Assembly (NCBI GenBank): GCA_905331295.1
Contig: CAJNYD010000503.1
Span: forward strand, 62,001 to 88,481
DNA from: Rotaria socialis
Lineage: Eukaryota
Direction of reading: 5' to 3'
DNA length: 26,481 nucleotides
Of the stretch, positions 23,263 to 26,481 are shown piece by piece. Position numbers and translations under genes: made by a program. Each line of letters begins with the position of its first letter. The first letter of the stretch is position 1. Under the pieces are notes generated by a model. That model searched no databases and was not told the DNA's origin. It saw only the letters and a program-made list of their open reading frames with translations.

Positions 23263-24779
23263 GATGCTTCTGTGAAAGTACCTGCTTGTATATTAGTTAC
23301 AGGTATTTTTACGTGCTCATCGGCGGCAATCCTATCAAAGGTGTTAAAGAATTGTAAAATGCTTTGTTTGGACTGTTTTGCGTTTGACTCGAGCGAAGAC
23401 AAAAAGTTATTATCGACAGTATCTACACTATACGATATGCTTATCTTTCGTGTTATCTTCCTTTTTTTCTCTCATATGTCCCTCCACGAAATCGAATATA
23501 ACTCAAGAGAGAAAAAAACGAAGACTGACCAGCTGGAGTATAAAGAAAAAAAACAAGCAGAATTTTGTTAACAATCTCATTGAATAATAAAAATCATGCT
23601 TCTATGTATGTGTTTATGACTGTAGCTCAAAAATCCTAAGTCTCATACATGAATAAGTTTCACTGTTAGTATCGGTGTGTGCAAGCTAGCAAGACGATCT
23701 TTTTCATCTTATTTAAGGATCCTAACAAGTCGGTATGGAGTCCGAGGTTTGACTGTGGATATGGATATGTACTCTATTCGTATTGGCTGAATCCCACCCA
23801 CTCCCGACCCCATAAACCGTTTATCACACCATAACAGAGAGCACGTATGGTCGGAAATATAATTCTTAGTATAAATTCTTAGTCGCTAAAACATCTATAG
23901 TTCACATACTCTAGAAGTTCGTTTGATTAATTAAACTTTTTGTTGAGAACAGTACTAGTAATTAACAAAGCGTCTCTTTCACTTTGCTTTTGCAGATTTA
24001 AAGTGTCAATATCTCTTCGTTGTCGGTAAATTTAGGTTCGGACTATCCTGAACTCATACTAATTTGCTTAAAAACTATTTATACAAAGATTCTATGCATT
24101 AACTTTAAAGCAAACAATAAAGTTTACAAAATCCTGCTGAGTATGTCACTACAGTGGTTTAGTAGTAACTTTTGTTACAAATAAGTTTTCGACAAGCAGA
24201 TTTCATAGCTATGAAACCAATTGTTTTGGCGAAAACTTCCTGTGAAACAATCTATTTCAGCGCACAAAAGTTCGTAGATATAGGATCTTCTTTTTATAAC
24301 TGCAATGACAAGAGACTTTTTGAATAGATTCGTTACTGTAATTTTCTAAGTTTCTAAAGTTGGGATATTATACTCAACATTCAGACCGAAGTAACGTGTT
24401 TCATGGAAAATGGACTTCTGAAATATGACAACTAAGTTTCAATGGAATTCGTTTTATTTTTTTAAACTCATTTCATTTATCGCCTGAATATATATAAGTT
24501 TCACTTGAATGAGTGTTGATATTGGTCTGGCTGTCTAATACATACTACGCTCAAACCATTTTTAATTATTCGATTTTTATTCATTACAAATCATTCTTAA
24601 GAGAATTGAAATGAAAACTTTAGCACACATTCTTATTTAGAAATAGGGCAACATGCCTATTTCTCAAACATAAATAATTAATAATGAGTACTTCACAAAT
24701 ATTTTCATTGAATCGTTATCAAGTTTCATAATTTTTTCTTTGTTTAATTGAGGAACCTCATGACAGAGACAAAACAACT

Positions 24780-24836
24780 TGGGTGTGGGTGTGTTTTGGA
24801 TTTAGATACAACAGCCACACCCACACCCACACCCGC
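24780..24836. repeat. Telomere-repeat-like hairpin
   Basis: TGGGTGTGGGTGTG ... CCACACCCACACCCACACCC around a ~20-nt loop. Confidence 0.85.
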
Positions 24837-24917
24837 GACGCATGAAATGTGACATGGTAAAATATAATCTTTGCATTAGTCGCATTCAAAAAATGAACAG
24901 TTTTCGGTTATTTACAG

Positions 24918-26399
24918 CCACTTAATAATCTGAAAGTACAAGGATGTCAAGTTGGAAATAAAGATTTACAGTATTTGACTGATATTTTCCAATATAATAA
25001 GGTAGTTGTTGTGTTTCTTTGTACTTAATATAGTTACGTTGTTTTTACAGGCAACTGTTATAATAAATTCCGACAACAATGAGATTGATGATAATGTAGT
25101 GAAACATTTCGCTTATGTTTTGAGAAATAATCCAGTGAGTATCGTATGAATCGGAGACTCTTCTATCTATGATATGTCTTGTAACAAGACACTCACTACA
25201 TTGAGTCTTATTTCTAATCGAATTCGTGACGATGGAGTAAAACATCTCGTCAATACAATGCAAAACAATACAGTATGTTTTCCCATTACTCAGCTCTTGC
25301 TTTTAATACATCTTTCAATAGTAATAAAAAAAAACGTTCAAGATGAGTAAATATTTTCTGTGTGGGTATAAAATGATAGTTGAGCAACTTCTAATATTGA
25401 CTATAAAACCTCAAATATTTCTAGTCGATCAATAACAAATTTTATTTATGTGTATGGTTGGTATGTTTTTACAGACACTTGCTGCACTTGATCTTGCAGA
25501 AAATCAAATTGAAGATAGAGGAGCCAAATATCTTGCAGATCTACTGCGAACTAATAAAGTATATTGCAATTTTGATGTTTTCAAAAACTAACTATGAATG
25601 AATTGCATATTTTAATTACCTTAGACATTTATCACCCTGAGTCTTCAGAAAATCGAATTGGTGACATTGGTGCACAACATTTTCGTGAAGCTTTGCCAAT
25701 AAATAAGGTATAATATTGTACTAGGGGGAAATGTCTTCTGCATTTAATAATTCTTGCTAAGACACTTATGGAGGTCACTCTAAAAGACAATGAAAGTAGT
25801 TTATGTGCAACAGTTCAAATGGAACATGAGATAATGCATGAAAGTGTAAGATATAGTTTGTTTCGTCAATTATTTATTATTCTATATCATGATATGTTTT
25901 TAGATATGCATCACAGTGGATTGGACAGGTTATCAGATACGAAACGAAAAATTAGAATGCTTAAGTGCTGCATTGAAAAAAAATTATGTTAGTTGATGTC
26001 ATATATTTCTTCTATAGTTCATTCGTATTTTTCAATAGATAACAACCAGATTGATCCTTGATGAGAATCAAATTGATGATAATGGCATACAACTTCTCGC
26101 TGATGGTTTATTAAAGAATAAAGTAAAAAAGAGACAACGGTATTTTTATGATTTATTCCATATTTTACATATAGATATTGCAAGAATTGAGTCTTCGAAA
26201 TAATCGAATTGGTGATAAAGGAATGAAATATATCGCAAATGTTTTAAGAGAGAACATGGTAAAAAGTTATATTAATAGTAATTTTAACTTAGATAAGATG
26301 CTTTTTTTTGTTAAGACACTCAATACATTGAATCTCAGCAAGAGCTCAATTGGAAATGATGAAGTGAAACATCTTGCTGATGTCTTGAAGGATAACGTG
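24918..26399 (+). pseudogene. RI-like leucine-rich-repeat gene, one 28-aa repeat per 84-nt phase-0 exon; one exon frameshifted
   Basis: AG/GT-bounded exons: 24918-25001, 25051-25134, 25189-25272, 25475-25558, 25625-25707 (83 nt), 25762-25845, 25904-25987, 26039-26122, 26175-26258, 26316-26399. Examples: TLAALDLAENQIEDRGAKYLADLLRTNK and ILQELSLRNNRIGDKGMKYIANVLRENM. The 5' and 3' ends of the gene are not resolved. Confidence 0.85.
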
Positions 26400-26403
26400 G
26401 TGG

Positions 26404-26481
26404 CAGGGCCGGCGGAAACGGGGGGGGGTTGGGGGGGGGTTCCCCCCTCCAACTTTGGAAATTTTGACTACAGTTTTCCTC
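26404..26481. mobile_element. Probable left end of a DNA transposon (CAGGGCCGGCGGAA... G-rich terminus) in the LRR gene intron
   Basis: Abrupt switch to GC-rich CAGGGCCG + G-runs/C-run 4 nt into the intron after exon 26316-26399. The other end lies outside the window. Confidence 0.5.

Noticed and set aside
24918..26399. Regular ~137-bp periodicity resembling a CRISPR or spacer array
   Set aside because: The units are LRR exons bounded by AG/GT, with no conserved nucleotide direct repeat, in eukaryotic context.

Overview
AT-rich eukaryotic genomic DNA, most likely from a bdelloid rotifer. This is inferred from ~50-60 nt GT-AG introns, F-box/LRR-like, ART-TPR and 28-aa LRR gene families, and TGTGGG telomere-type repeats. 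Apparently intact genes: a 4-exon F-box-like gene (2368-4730), a ZZ-zinc-finger ORF with an unusual ~40-aa insertion (12161-12490, -) and an intronless secreted type-B carboxylesterase (21643-23262, -). Damaged genes: a Cys-rich ORF with an in-frame TGA, a second F-box-family fragment, an R-S-E ADP-ribosyltransferase-TPR pseudogene and an LRR gene built from 84-nt one-repeat-per-exon modules. The window is dense in non-autonomous DNA transposons. Several are hAT-type MITEs with 8-bp TSDs: one is a 174-bp-arm foldback, and one hosts a nested 2.8-kb DINE-1/Helentron-like element. The most unusual signal is a dispersed family of about 8 short (55-100 bp) hairpins whose arms are made of telomere-type TGTGGG/CCCACA repeats.
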